The translations under genes and the position numbers were made by a program. A DNA stretch of 63,596 bases, counting the filler, from Octopus bimaculoides (Eukaryota), in the NCBI RefSeq assembly GCF_001194135.2. It is 8 parts of 8 records of this genome, joined end to end, with 100 filler letters (N's around TTAATTAATTAA, not from the genome) between each part and the next. Parts side by side here need not be neighbours in the genome. Positions count along the whole stretch, not along the records: positions 1 to 14,663 come from NC_068983.1; positions 14,764 to 28,094 come from NC_068995.1; 6 more parts are not named here. One strand, given 5' to 3'. Under the pieces are notes generated by a model. It searched no databases and was not told the DNA's origin. It was given only the letters and a program-made list of their open reading frames with translations. Below are positions 12,831-24,456 of this stretch, piece after piece. Numbering within the stretch: the stretch's first letter is position 1; each line of letters starts with the position of its first letter.

Positions 12831-13410
12831 CAAGTTCAATTATAGTACAATAGTGTACATTTGAAAGAAACTGAAAAGGGAAGAGAATTTTTTTTTTTTT
12901 TCTGGTGGGTGTTATTTTCATATTTGATAACAAAATCCTGATAATTCATAACGTTTTTAGTGATCAAAATTGTTTTAGAGGACTCTGTCTGNNNNNNNNN
13001 NNNNNNNNNNNNNNNNNNNNNNNNNNNNNNNNNNNNNNNNNNNNNNNNNNNNNNNNNNNNNNNNNNNNNNNNNNNNNNNNNNNNNNNNNNNNNNNNNNNN
13101 NNNNNNNNNNNNNNNNNNNNNNNNNNNNNNNNNNNNNNNNNNNNNNNNNNNNNNNNNNNNNNNNNNNNNNNNNNNNNNNNNNNNNNNNNNNNNNNNNNNN
13201 NNNNNNNNNNNNNNNNNNNNNNNNNNNNNNNNNNNNNNNNNNNNNNNNNNNNNNNNNNNNNNNNNNNNNNNNNNNNNNNNNNNNNNNNNNNNNNNNNNNN
13301 NNNNNNNNNNNNNNNNNNNNNNNNNNNNNNNNNNNNNNNNNNNNNNNNNNNNNNNNNNNNNNNNNNNNNNNNNNNNNNNNNNNNNNNNNNNNNNNNNNNN
13401 NNNNNNNNNN

Positions 13411-13745
13411 CATAGGATCGCGGTTTTGATTCCCAGACCGGGCGTTGTGAGTGTTTATTGAGCGAAAACACCTAAAGCTCCACGAGGCTCCGGCAGGGGA
13501 TGGTGGTGAACCCTGCTGTACTCTTTCACCACGACTTTGTCTCACTCTTCCTTCCTGTTTCTGTTGTACCTGTAATTCAAAAGGGCCAGCCTTGTCACAC
13601 TGTGTCACGCTGAATATTCCCGAGAACTACGTTAAGGGTACACGTGTTTATGGAGTGCTCAGCCACTTGCACGTTAATTTCACGAGTAGACTGTTCCGTT
13701 GATCGGATCAACTGGAACCCTCGACGTCGTAAGCGACGGAGTGCC
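13411..13745 (+). mobile_element. SINE family C with (AAC)n tail
   Basis: B-box-like ggttttgattccc at the head. The body gaactacgttaag...gtgctcagcca(c/t)ttgca...gatcggatcaac is shared with 19863-20170. Confidence 0.7.
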
Positions 13746-14335
13746 AACAACAACAACAACATTGTTAATGTTATTGTTGTTATTTTTGTTGTTATTAGGG
13801 CAGTGAATTGGCATAATTTACAAAATACTTTACAGATTTTCTTTCTGCTCTTCACATTCAGAGTTCAATTCCTGCAAGAGGTGGGATTTGTTTTCATGAC
13901 GATAAAATAAATTCCAGTGAAATACTGCATCGATATAATCTACTTGTTCTTCTCTAAAATTCTGGCTTTGTATCAAAATTTGAAAGCATTATTATTATTA
14001 TTATTATTATTATTGAGTGAGTGAGCAGTTCATGCCATCGAAGTGACACAGCATTAATGACCACAGCATTAATTTGTTTGCTCCATCCACACCGTGTGTG
14101 GTGGTCCCTTTCTGAATATCGACAGGTTGGAACCTGACCAGAATCTCTGAGAATACCGGGTGTACCACTGTCACTATCATTAGCTTCAGTTTCATTACCA
14201 CCGTTATTCACAATATTTTGTTTATTCATTGTCACTCATATCAGGTAGCGATTATCAGGTTGCGCAATTACCAGTGTTTTTATTGTGACACCATCACTAG
14301 ATGTACCATTATTAATCAGCCCATGAGGCCCCACC

Positions 14336-14663
14336 TGTTATGTTTCCCTCGGACTGACTCGCAGAGATAACATAACGAGTTATACAATTTAATTATTACA
14401 TTTATTGTTCAATTACATACAAAGAACGCACTCACCCAATGTTCGTTATGAATAAACAAAAGTCATGTCCGCCATATATATATCAATGACATTTTACTAC
14501 GACAGTCCCACAAGACAACAACAATGAAACAATGAACTCAGACGAACCACATGACACACGGAACGTCAGACGAATTACATATCTAACAGTCCATATAACA
14601 CCTCCCCACTGAAATTGATGCTACACAAGAAGTATCAACAGCAAAGTCTCTCTTGGGTTTTAC
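14336..14663 (-). mobile_element. 3' LTR (14336-14600) with polypurine tract of an LTR retrotransposon; internal part lost in gap
   Basis: Termini tgttat...ataaca (265 bp). Adjacent cctcccc reads ggggagg immediately before TG on the minus strand, which fits a PPT. Confidence 0.6.
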
Positions 14664-14707
14664 NNNNNNNNNNNNNNNNNNNNNNNNNNNNNNNNNNNNN
14701 NNNNNNN

Positions 14708-14719
14708 TTAATTAATTAA
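14708..14719. other. Assembly gap linker TTAATTAATTAA (also 28139, 31442, 38565, 48796, 55379, 61485)
   Basis: Sits between N runs in 100-bp gaps (44N+12+44N, counted at 14664-14763). It is palindromic and gives stops in all six frames. Confidence 0.95.
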
Positions 14720-14763
14720 NNNNNNNNNNNNNNNNNNNNNNNNNNNNNNNNNNNNNNNNNNNN

Positions 14764-15735
14764 AAGTTCGAAAATGAAAATTTTGACCTCAAAGACGCAC
14801 CTCGTTCTGGTCGTCCAGTTGAGTTCGATGAAGAGGGATTAAACCAACTTTTGCACGAAAATTCTCGTCAAACGACAAGGGAACTGGCAGAAAAAATGGA
14901 ATGCTCCCACACTGCTATAGAGAAGCATCTTCACTCGAGTGGAAAGGTTCAGAAGTATGGAGCATGGGTTCTGCATGCTTTAAGTGACAACAACAAAAAT
15001 CAACGAGCCACAATCTCCGCTGGTTTGGTTGCTCGTCACCGCTCAACTCATGGACACAAACAACGATTTCTTTACCGAATCGTTATTGGTGACGAAAAAT
15101 GGTGCCTGTTCATCAATATGAAGCAGCGTAAGGAATGGCTTAGCCCCGGTAAACAAGCGACACCGCGCGTGAAAGAAGATCATCGCGTAAAACGATGTTG
15201 TGCGTATGGTGGGAATGGGAACGGATTATCCGTTATGAATTGCTTGAACAGAACCAAACGTTCAACGCGGAACTCTATGTTCAACAGATGGAACGACTCA
15301 ACACGGCTATTCAAGAGAAAAGACCTAATTGTCAGCATGGAGTTCTGCTGCTGCACGACAACGCCCGCCCTCATATTTTCAATATGACCAACGAAACCAT
15401 TCAAACGTATGGCTGGGAAGTGCTGCCACACACGCCGTACTCTCCTGATTTGGCACCAACGGATTTGCACTCTTTCGATCTCTTTCAAATGCTATGCGTG
15501 AAGTTTCTTTCGATAAGGATGCAGAATTGAGAGCTTTGTTGGATCAATTTTTCGAGTCAAAATCGGGTGATTTCTACCAACGTGGTATTGAAAATCCTGT
15601 TGAACGTTGGGAAGAAGTTGTAAACAACAAGGGGGAATATATTATTGATTATTTAGTAATTAGTTGTCATTTTTTATTAAACCTTTTAAAAAATTTTAAT
15701 TTTTAAAAACGGCTGGAACTTAGTTGCCAACCCAA
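14764..15735 (+). mobile_element. Mariner transposon, frameshifted; 5' end in gap
   Basis: APRSGRP, WVLHAL, IVIGDEKW, LLLHDNARPH and YSPDLAPTD motifs. The 3' TIR gaacttagttgccaacccaa is followed by TA. Confidence 0.9.
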
Positions 15736-15739
15736 TATA

Positions 15740-16072
15740 ACACAGGTTCTGAAATAAAATAGAAGTGGTTATACATACATGTGCGTTTGCGTGAAAAGTG
15801 AACACGGGTTCTGAAACAAAATAGAAGCGGTTATACATAGATGTGCGTGCGTAGCTGACATTAGAAAACCTCTTTAAAGGAGTGAATCATAGACGGACTG
15901 GTTCACAGGAGAAGAAGATAGAGAGATATAGATATAACATAGCTTCTGAAATTAAATAGAAGCTATTATACATACATGTGCGTGTCGAGGTAGCGGTAGA
16001 TGCTATGTCAATACCGGAAGAAAACACACACACACACACATACACACAGGTCTATTTTATATAATATATATA
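15740..16072 (+). repeat. Three ~50-bp imperfect repeats plus (AC)n and a ttttatataata end; possible Helentron-associated (HINE/DINE-like) 3' part
   Basis: ttctgaaa(t/c)(a/t)aaatagaag...ttatacata..tgtgcgt recurs at ~15747, ~15809 and ~15945. Confidence 0.4.
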
Positions 16073-16313
16073 CACAGTCCCGGCCAAAATTCACCCAACA
16101 GTAAATCAAAATTCCATAAATATCATCTGTAATTCTGTATTGACTCGAATGGAAAAATCTGTCGCTCAAGAAGAATTTCTATTTGAAAGATTTTCACGAT
16201 GTTTCATATTCAGATGCTTTTATTAAATTCATTCAGTTGTTAAGCATAAATAAATCTTGGAATTAAATGGTTTTCATTTACTCTGAGTTGACTTCTGGTA
16301 AACCCTGTATATA

Positions 16314-17832
16314 CTGTATTTTTCGGTTTATTAGACGTTGTTTTGCATAAAATGTCTCCAAAAACCACCCTGCGTCCTATAAACTGAAAGTCAGTGACGG
16401 GAATTATAAGTTTGGGGTGTGGGATGGGCTGTATCTCTTCCAGTTACGTCCGATGCCGAACCACTGAAACAGTCCTGTGTTTCAAAATTACAATAAAATA
16501 ATAACATTTTGAGACCAGCTATTCATGAAATACGGATATTGTTCTGGGATACTGACAGAAAACGATATTCCTCCTTCAGTAACACCTTCCTTTCTTATTT
16601 CTTAAACAACTGAAGTCCCGAAGCAGCGTCATTTATGTTAGACGTTTTAAAATATGTTTTAAATCTCTGAGCAAGAGAAACACATTAACAGTATGGAATA
16701 GTAATGTTTATATGCCAATATAACGTGGCAGTCGTATAAAGGACGATGTTACTGTGTACACTCTGAGATCTTTACTATATAGAGCTGTGCACACAACAGT
16801 TACTCAGCCACCAGCGACTGTTTGACCAGTTCAAATTGAGAGATCATTGAGGTAATGTAGTCTTGTACCATTTGTTTATAACTGGCAGTTAAATATTTTG
16901 ATAATTTAGGAACAATGAGAAACGAATAGTAATAAGATTATCTCCACCATATTGAGGTACTATAAAGTTTTGCATTTTTAGATACGGTTCCCATTTTTTA
17001 AATGATGGATGGGAATAAAAGACATACATACACCATACATTTTAAATTAATGTTAGTTGATTATGCCAAAAAACATGGCAATAGACTTGCAGAGAGGGAG
17101 TTTGGGCCGCCACCTACTGAGAAGGTGATAAGAGCGAGGTGTCAGAAAAAGCATAACCTTTGTCACAAACCAGCAAGAAGGCCAGCATTGGAAGATGAAA
17201 ATAAGAACTGGGTAATGAATGAAAGTAATTGTGGCAGTGCTGTGTCTATATCAACTATAATGAATGAGGGCAGAGCTTGGGCAGAACAAAATGGGATTGA
17301 CGATTTTCATTGCACTGCAAGCTGGTATTACCGATTTATGAAACGCAGCAGATTATCAATGAGGACCCGCACTAGGATAACTCAAATGATGCCTGATGGA
17401 TACAAAGACAAAATCATAGAATTTCACAAGTTTGAAATTAATGCCAGAAAACAAACCGCATAGACTGTACTGATACTCGTGTCTGTGCTGATATACTAAT
17501 TATACTGTGATACTGACTGGGCATTATTGAACCCAGGCGTACAACTTGCGTTTTGGCTATGAATCAGCAAACACATTATTTGCTATTGTGTACTGATGTC
17601 TACAAAGAGATAATAAATCATATGATGCACCCAGAACACCGAAAGAGTAATACTAGTAAATTTAGTCACAGAAAGACATATACTACACCGTTGGCAGTAG
17701 ATTTCCCCTCACTTTCGATGTTCCTTCTAACAGGACTGTTGATTTGCTTGGTGATAAAAATGTGACTATTAAAACATCAAGTAATGAAAAAATCATTATA
17801 CAGCCGATCTGTCGTGTTTTGCTGATGGCACT
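16314..17832 (+). mobile_element. Pogo/Tigger-type transposon, 3'-truncated and interrupted
   Basis: 5' TIR-like ta-ctgtatttttcggtttattagacg. ORF 17002-17463 has a Brinker-like HTH (YTIHFKLMLVDYAKKHGNRLAEREFG) and a CENP-B HTH (ASWYYRFMKR..LSMRTRT). DDE segment PLTFDVPSNRTVD..GDKNVTIKT at 17705-17780. Confidence 0.85.
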
Positions 17833-17959
17833 ACTTTCTGTCGCTGCGCTACTTTCTCTCATCTATATTGCTATTTTCAATAGAGCTCTTATTCATTCAC
17901 TCATTTATATTTTTAACATCTTATTTCAATGAAGTCAAGCCATCACCCTCGCTAACTTG

Positions 17960-18230
17960 ATATGTTAAGAAAATTGATCTGGTGGTAATATTTTCCAACG
18001 AACCAATGCAGAAGTGAAGGCATCCTTTCTAGTTTCAACTATTGCTAAAACATAAGAAGAATGCTGATATTATTGTAGATGGTCTTTGCCTTCCATCAGC
18101 AAAGGATACGGCACGTCGTATCTTTGGAGATTTATCTCCAAAGCGCTTAACTCTATCTTACAGTCTAACAGCATATAGTTTAACAGTCCATGAAAGAAAT
18201 GTTAGTACATTATTCTGTGGCAAATAATTG
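17960..18230 (+). mobile_element. hAT (Buster/Charlie, ZBED5/FAM200-like) transposase remnant
   Basis: ASFLVSTIAK.KKNADIIVDGLCLPSAKDTARRIFGD resembles the Buster-family motif ASYxVxxxIAKxKKPHTIxExLILPAAKDxVxxMFG. Confidence 0.55.
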
Positions 18231-19049
18231 ATGGGATTTATAAATGATTGGTGTCTACATTAAGTCTACTACCCATAAAGTCAACTACTCATTAAATAAA
18301 CTATACCACGAATAATGAACCCTGACAGAACAATATTTATACCACAGCTGATGGAGTAATATTTTTATACCACATCACAGTGAATTCTTGGCAAATGATA
18401 TTCTATATCATTTCTAAACTCAGATTTTACACAGTTTACACAACGATGGCTTCATATAAGCTTAGAAAAGCAGAGAGGGGAATGGTGGTTAGTCGATCAT
18501 TTCTACCCCAGTACGTTTTCCAGCAGCGTACTCATTTCATTGTTCGGCAATTGTCGCAACACTAAGACACAGGACCGAATGGAACGCAACAAAAAAAGAA
18601 AAAACAGATTCAAACACGCGCGCGCGCACACACACACACTCTCTCCATTTCTCTCTCTCTCTCTCTCCTTCTACAGCTCAACAGCACTCTCCGAACTCTA
18701 CACCTCAACAACGAATGACGACTACGGCTATAGCGTATGCACTGTCTGACGCGCTTGCTTTTCTAGTGGAGTATTTGTCAGTTTGGAAGCTGGATTTTTG
18801 AGCCGCAGACAGAAGCGTTACTTTGCCTGCTGGAACGTTAAGGCCGACCATCAGGTGTGGTCAGTTTTCGCTGGTTGGAGCTGGCTCAATGAACTCCAGG
18901 GGAGTGCCGCCGCACATACATATAAGTACAAATAGTACACAACTACCACTAAGAATTTTGGCTGCTCGATCACAAAAAGAATTAAGTTATCGACCAGAAT
19001 ATTCTAGGGCATTATCTCGAAGGAAATGGTGTTCGTTTTGAGTGTAAAG

Positions 19050-19830
19050 CCCCTAGTCCTCCTTGTTAAGAAAATTCCATAGTTGCATGTTAAATGTGCA
19101 GAAGAGAGTAAAATTGTCACCCAGACATTTTTCGTGAATGATAGCGACAGCAAGAAGAGACAGTTAAAACTAGTCACAAAATTCTCATAGAAATGAAGTT
19201 ATATATAATAAATGCTCATATTTGGTAATGAGTCGAGGAAAGATTGTTGACCAAACGAGAAATGTCAATATAGGCTATCTCACCTACCTCCAGAACGTAT
19301 ACTACAAATATCTCGGAATTGTTGAGAATAATGAATACGTTGTGGGTGAAGTTACAGGAATCTTTCAAATTATTTAGGAAGTTATGGACGTCAGAGCTGC
19401 CAACGTTCAGTAAAACCATATTCCATAACACTTTTGTTGTGCTAGTGCTGTTAGCAAAATAGGTGATATTAGTCTGAACACTTGTTGAGATCCGCAACTT
19501 TGATATCATGAATAAACTACATCTAACAAATTTTCCATTTGTAGGTATAAATAGCAGTAACAATAGCCGAAGATGCTAACTATTACTGGTAACTTTCACA
19601 TCAGCAGAACTCTCACCTCATCTATATTAAATGAAGGAGTGAGGCAGATGCATAAGATCAGTTCAAATGACCTTGGAGTGCTGCAATGTCTCAAATTACT
19701 CAAGATAACACTTACTGCACTTACATGCAGACCCTTTAGATATGTGAGATTGTTGGCGCTAATGTTCCGTATAAACTGCTGCGAATCAACACCTTCAGAA
19801 AGAACATGGGCAGGGAGGAGATTCTAGGGA
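19050..19830 (+). mobile_element. R4/Dong-type (RLE) LINE RT fragment
   Basis: YYKYLGIVENNEY and FRKLWTSELPTFSKTIFHNTFVV resemble the R4-clade YKYLG and RxxWxSELxxxNKxxAxNTFAV segments. Confidence 0.55.
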
Positions 19831-19862
19831 GTCGATCTTCTAAGGATATTTGTCGACTTCTC

Positions 19863-20170
19863 GCGTGATTTGGTGGTTAGGGTATTCGACTCACGATCGT
19901 AAGGTCGTGAGTTCGATTCCCGGCAGTGGGTTGTCATTGAGCAAGACACATTATTTCCTGTTGCTCCAGTACACTCGGTTGGTAAAAATCCCTATTACCT
20001 GTATTTCAAAGGGCCAGGTTTTTCATATTCTGTGTCAGGCCGAACCTCCCTGCGAACTACGTTAAGAGTATACGTGTCTGCGGTGTGCTCAGCCATTTGC
20101 ATGCTAATTTCACGAGCAGGCTGTTCTGTTGATCGGATCAACCTGAACACACATCGTAGTAACCGACGGA
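19863..20170 (+). mobile_element. SINE family C with tRNA-like head
   Basis: A-box-like tggtggttagg and B-box gagttcgattccc. The body is shared with 13411-13745. Confidence 0.75.
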
Positions 20171-20576
20171 TTACCACTTAATTCGCCAACTTCTCGATAT
20201 ATCTACTTCTAGATATAACTACTTGTAATTCCACTATCCGTGCGAGTTTTATAGGATCTTCTATATGAATGTTAATTGCTAACTTTGTGTCCTCATGGAT
20301 GAAGGGGGCTTAGCCAGAGAGAATCGAACTGAAACCTTTGAATCAATGTGACAGTTCGATGAGGCGGGGAGAAGCGGTTCACTAAGTGCTATAGCACTTC
20401 ACATATTATAGTTCAGGTAACAGTACCTATGACTGTATGGTTCATCATCTTCTCAGTCATCTACAGATGCAGGTGAATATAAAAGGAGAAGTAGAGTAAT
20501 TTAATGATGTTTATAGTAAGAGCGTAAAAAATGTAAAGCAAGAGAAGCAAACGAAAATAGATATGAGACAAAACAG

Positions 20577-20682
20577 AAGAAGAAGAAGAAGAAGAAGAAG
20601 AAGAAGAAGAAGAAGAAGAAGAAGAAGAAGAAGAAGAAGAAGAAGAAGAAGAAGAAGAAGAAGAAGAAGAAGAAGAAGAAGA
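20577..20682. repeat. (AAG)n microsatellite
   Basis: Direct reading. Confidence 0.95.
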
Positions 20683-22739
20683 ATTTATTTCACTAGTTAT
20701 AATTTATTTGAATAATCATTAATGCTAAAAAAAAAGAATCAATAGTTTGTGGCAGAGTGGGAAGTGTTGCTTTTTATTTTTACAATGAACAAGTTTTACA
20801 TTGAAATTTTCTTCCTCCTTTCGTGATATATTACTGTTAGTTTACTAGAAATTCCTTTAGAAAGAAATGCTGCAATCGACAACAAAATAATTGTTCTGCT
20901 GGAATGGTTTCTTACCTTATCGATTGATCATTATCCTAAAAATCTATTGAATCTTGATAGTAAAGTTAAGAATTGAAGAAAAGCATTGTTATATGCTCAC
21001 TAACAGAATTTCAATTAGATTTTTTTCTATCTGTTGCTATACATTGTGACATTCTCATAGACGTCTGCATGACTTGTTGCCATACGACTTTTAGTTAATG
21101 TTTTGTTGCCATACGACTTTTAGCTAATGTTTTATTTAGCATTAATATAAATAAGTATATATTGTATGAATTCAAGCATCTCAAAAATATGACTTGAAGA
21201 AAAGAAATTCAGATATGCTTCACTTTATGAACGTATTCTTCAATATGATCTATCAAAATAACGTTTCAACAACGTAATCCAAGACGTAGTTTAGTTTGTT
21301 AATCCCTGTTATTGTATACTTGGTAAAAGAAAAAATAGTAACCTATGTTTATCTCACAGTGGTACTCCGGCATGACCGCAGCCACATGGCTGAAACGAAC
21401 AAAAGAATAAAAGAATTATCCGATGTATTTTATTTCCAACAACATTGGCGTTCAATAGTCATAAACATGTACAACGACAAAAACCAGTGGTTCGTAATCT
21501 GCTGCATTTCTGGGAAAGAAATCTAATTAACATAATCTAAAATTGTTAAGAGATGCTAGCTGACAATAGAACTTTCATTTACTGAAAATAAGGTGAAATT
21601 AGTCACATGAGCTAGTCTTTGATATTTTTGTTTCGAAAGATCAACTAATAAAATGTGTTTTAGATTTATATCAGATACGGAAGTTGAAAGCAAATTAAAA
21701 AGATATTGCAATATTTTTAATTAATCAGGTGAAAACATGCCTATTTGTGGTCAAACATCCTGCTGATATTTCTTTCAATATACACATCAATATCTTGAAA
21801 GCGAATTCTTTCCATCAACAATACATACATTATGTAGCACAACAAAATACCTATTTCACGAATGAAAAACGTGTCTTAGCCTGGTTCCATGCTTCTGAAT
21901 CATAATATTGCAATAAATCAATCTGCCGAATTGTCTGCTCGATATACATATTCATTAACTCGTTATTTGTCAAAATTCATTCTCAAACAAGTATTTTTAC
22001 TATTGTAGTGTTTGAAGAAGGATATCACCAGACTTAATGTCTCGCCACTTATCCTCTCTCTAATGTAACATAAAACAGAAATTTGTGAATATATGCTGTA
22101 TTTTATTGAGAGTAATCTAAAATAAATCTAAACAGTGAAGCTTTTGCCTTCATTCAGAATTACTTCACAACATTGATTAGTGAATACTGTTCGATAAAGA
22201 CTCGTAATTAATTGCATTATACAAGAAAGAAAACATAAACTCTAATTAACATAGTTCAGTGAAAAATGTGGAAATGTACTCGTGAAGAAATCACTCTTGA
22301 TTATGAAGAAAATTTATGTCTATTGCATTTTCTTCCATAGAACCACAAGAATAAAGAATAAGCCTGATTAAGCTCGCTTTTCAGCTACGTAGTTTAAGGT
22401 TCAGTACCACTGGCAGGTCTCTTCCATGATAGCCACGAGCCGACCAATGCCTTGTGAGGGGATTTGGTAGATTGATTGACGGACATTGTGTGGAAGACTC
22501 TCATGTGTGTGTGTGTGTGTGTGTNNNNNNNNNNNNNNNNNNNNNNNNNNNNNNNNNNNNNNNNNNNNNNNNNNNNNNNNNNNNNNNNNNNNNNNNNNNN
22601 NNNNNNNNNNNNNNNNNNNNNNNNNNNNNNNNNNNNNNNNNNNNNNNNNNNNNNNNNNNNNNNNNNNNNNNNNNNNNNNNNNNNNNNNNNNNNNNNNNAG
22701 GGGGATCGAACCCCTACCATCCTCCAGCAGATGACAGGA

Positions 22740-22788
22740 TCGCGAGACCGATTAGATTTCGAGGTAGTTTGCTCATCCTCAGTTGCGA
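22740..22788 (-). ncRNA. Type I hammerhead ribozyme motif with intact core
   Basis: Minus strand: tcgcaa-CTGAGGA-t-gag caaactac ctc-GAAAT-c taatc g-GTC-tcgcga. Stem I pairs 5/6, stem II 3 bp, stem III 3 bp with a 5-nt loop, GUC cleavage triplet. Confidence 0.65.
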
Positions 22789-22845
22789 ACACCTGGTCAC
22801 CAGAGAGATTGCCAGAGTCCTCTCCACGTTACAATGTTACTACTA

Positions 22846-24194
22846 CACTGAACCGCAAAAGAAACGCGATTTTTTCAAATGTTTTCTATATAGTAAATTC
22901 TGAAAATTTATTTCGGGGATGTAAGTGTAAATATTCCGAGACATGCCGGATTATGGATGAAACCCAAACTGCAGGTAACCTTTCAGCTTCCCCTGAAACG
23001 GCCGTAGGTGACAGTCACAAACAATTGTCATGAAAACCAAAATTCACGTGCATCTCGTGGAGGTTATGGGTATAAAAATCAACTTGAACCGTGTTCCTGG
23101 CATTCGTAATTTGGACACATCAGGTATGGCCCGATTGTCAGCAGCACAGAGAGAACAAGCTATCGGCCGATTGCAAGCAGAGCAGCGTGCCCTGGTTGTT
23201 GCGAAAGCTTACGATGTCTATATTCACCATCTATCGCCTGCAACAGCGATACAACAACAACAACACTGCAGACCATGCCCGCAAAGGGCGCGCCGGGAGA
23301 CCAAGCCCAGGCAGGACCGCTTCATCTACCTGCAACACCTCCGTGATCGCTTCAGATCGGTCAGCGTGACAGCTTGTGAGACCATTGGCACTGGACAGCG
23401 ACCCATCAGTGACGACACAATACGACATCGACTGGCTTCCAACAACCTGCGTTGCCGTCGTCCTGCTCGAGGGCTTGTCCTCCCCGTCCGCTACCGTCAG
23501 ACACGACTACAGTGGGCTACACAGCACCGAGATTGGCGGCACCAACAATGGAGGTCGATAGTCCTCTCTGACGAGAGTAGGTGTTATATGCCTGAATCAG
23601 AGAATTGGGCCCCATGTGTTCCAAAATGCTGGTTCAGGCAGAGGGAATGGCATCTCAGCGCAGCGCTACGTTGAATAAGTCTTAAGACCTCACATCGTGT
23701 CCTTCTTCGCGCGTCACCACAGCCACGTCTTTCAGCAGGACAATGCTCCCTTTCACACGGCCAGGGTCACCATAGACTTCCTGCGTCTGCACAACATCAG
23801 AACCATGCCGTGGCAACTCTCAGTCCAGATTTGAACCCAATTGAACACCTGTGGGATGAAATCCAGAGACGGCTGAACCAAGTGGTGCCAAGGCCGACAA
23901 CTTGTGTGGAACTGAGGCTGCTTTTTCAGGATGTGGGCACAGGTGTCAATGGCTTTTGTGAACCGCCTCGTGCTTTCCATGTACCGACGGTGTATGGCCG
24001 TTTTGAACAGAGAGTACATACACAGTCTCGATGTGCTGGATCCGACCACAGGACAACGACCCATAGACTATGGTCAAAGTGCATCCAAGCAAGAATTCGA
24101 CTTCATCAGATTTATCAAAATTTATTACTGACATAATGAAATTAAAACATACTTCTCTGTCACACACGTCTCGCGTTTCTTTTGCGGTTCAGTG
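22846..24194 (+). mobile_element. Full-length Tc1-like transposon, inactive
   Basis: Perfect 24-bp TIRs cactgaaccgcaaaagaaacgcga with TA on both sides. Transposase motifs QREQAIGRLQ, QDRFI, WRSIVLSDESR, QQDNA and SPDLNPIEHLWD. Frameshifts and an internal deletion. Confidence 0.95.
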
Positions 24195-24407
24195 TAGTTT
24201 AACCCCAGGCATGCCTTCCCTGGGTGTTCAAAACAGCCATACATCGTCGGTACATGGAGTGCATGAGGCGGGTCACAAAGGCCATTGGCACCTGTGCCCA
24301 CACTCTGAGGAAAGCTGCCTCCAGTCTACACCCTCCACTCTGCACCCTGTACATACATATTGCCAGCAGGAGAGCGAAACCCTACCATCCTGCAGAAGAC
24401 GACAGGA

Positions 24408-24456
24408 TCGCGAGACCCATTTAGTTTCGAGCTAGTTTGCTCATCCTAAGTCGTGA
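24408..24456 (-). ncRNA. Type I hammerhead motif, paralog of 22740-22788 (core G5 mutated)
   Basis: Minus strand: tcacga-CTTAGGA-t-gagc aaacta gctc-GAAAC-taaatgg-GTC-tcgcga. Confidence 0.55.

Noticed and set aside
14708-14719. Recurring TTAATTAATTAA palindrome (7 occurrences) as a biological motif
   Set aside because: Always embedded in a 100-bp N gap and encodes stops in six frames, so it is an assembly linker.
14851-15706. SETMAR-like host gene
   Set aside because: No SET domain; frameshifted, with a TIR and TA, so an ordinary mariner copy.
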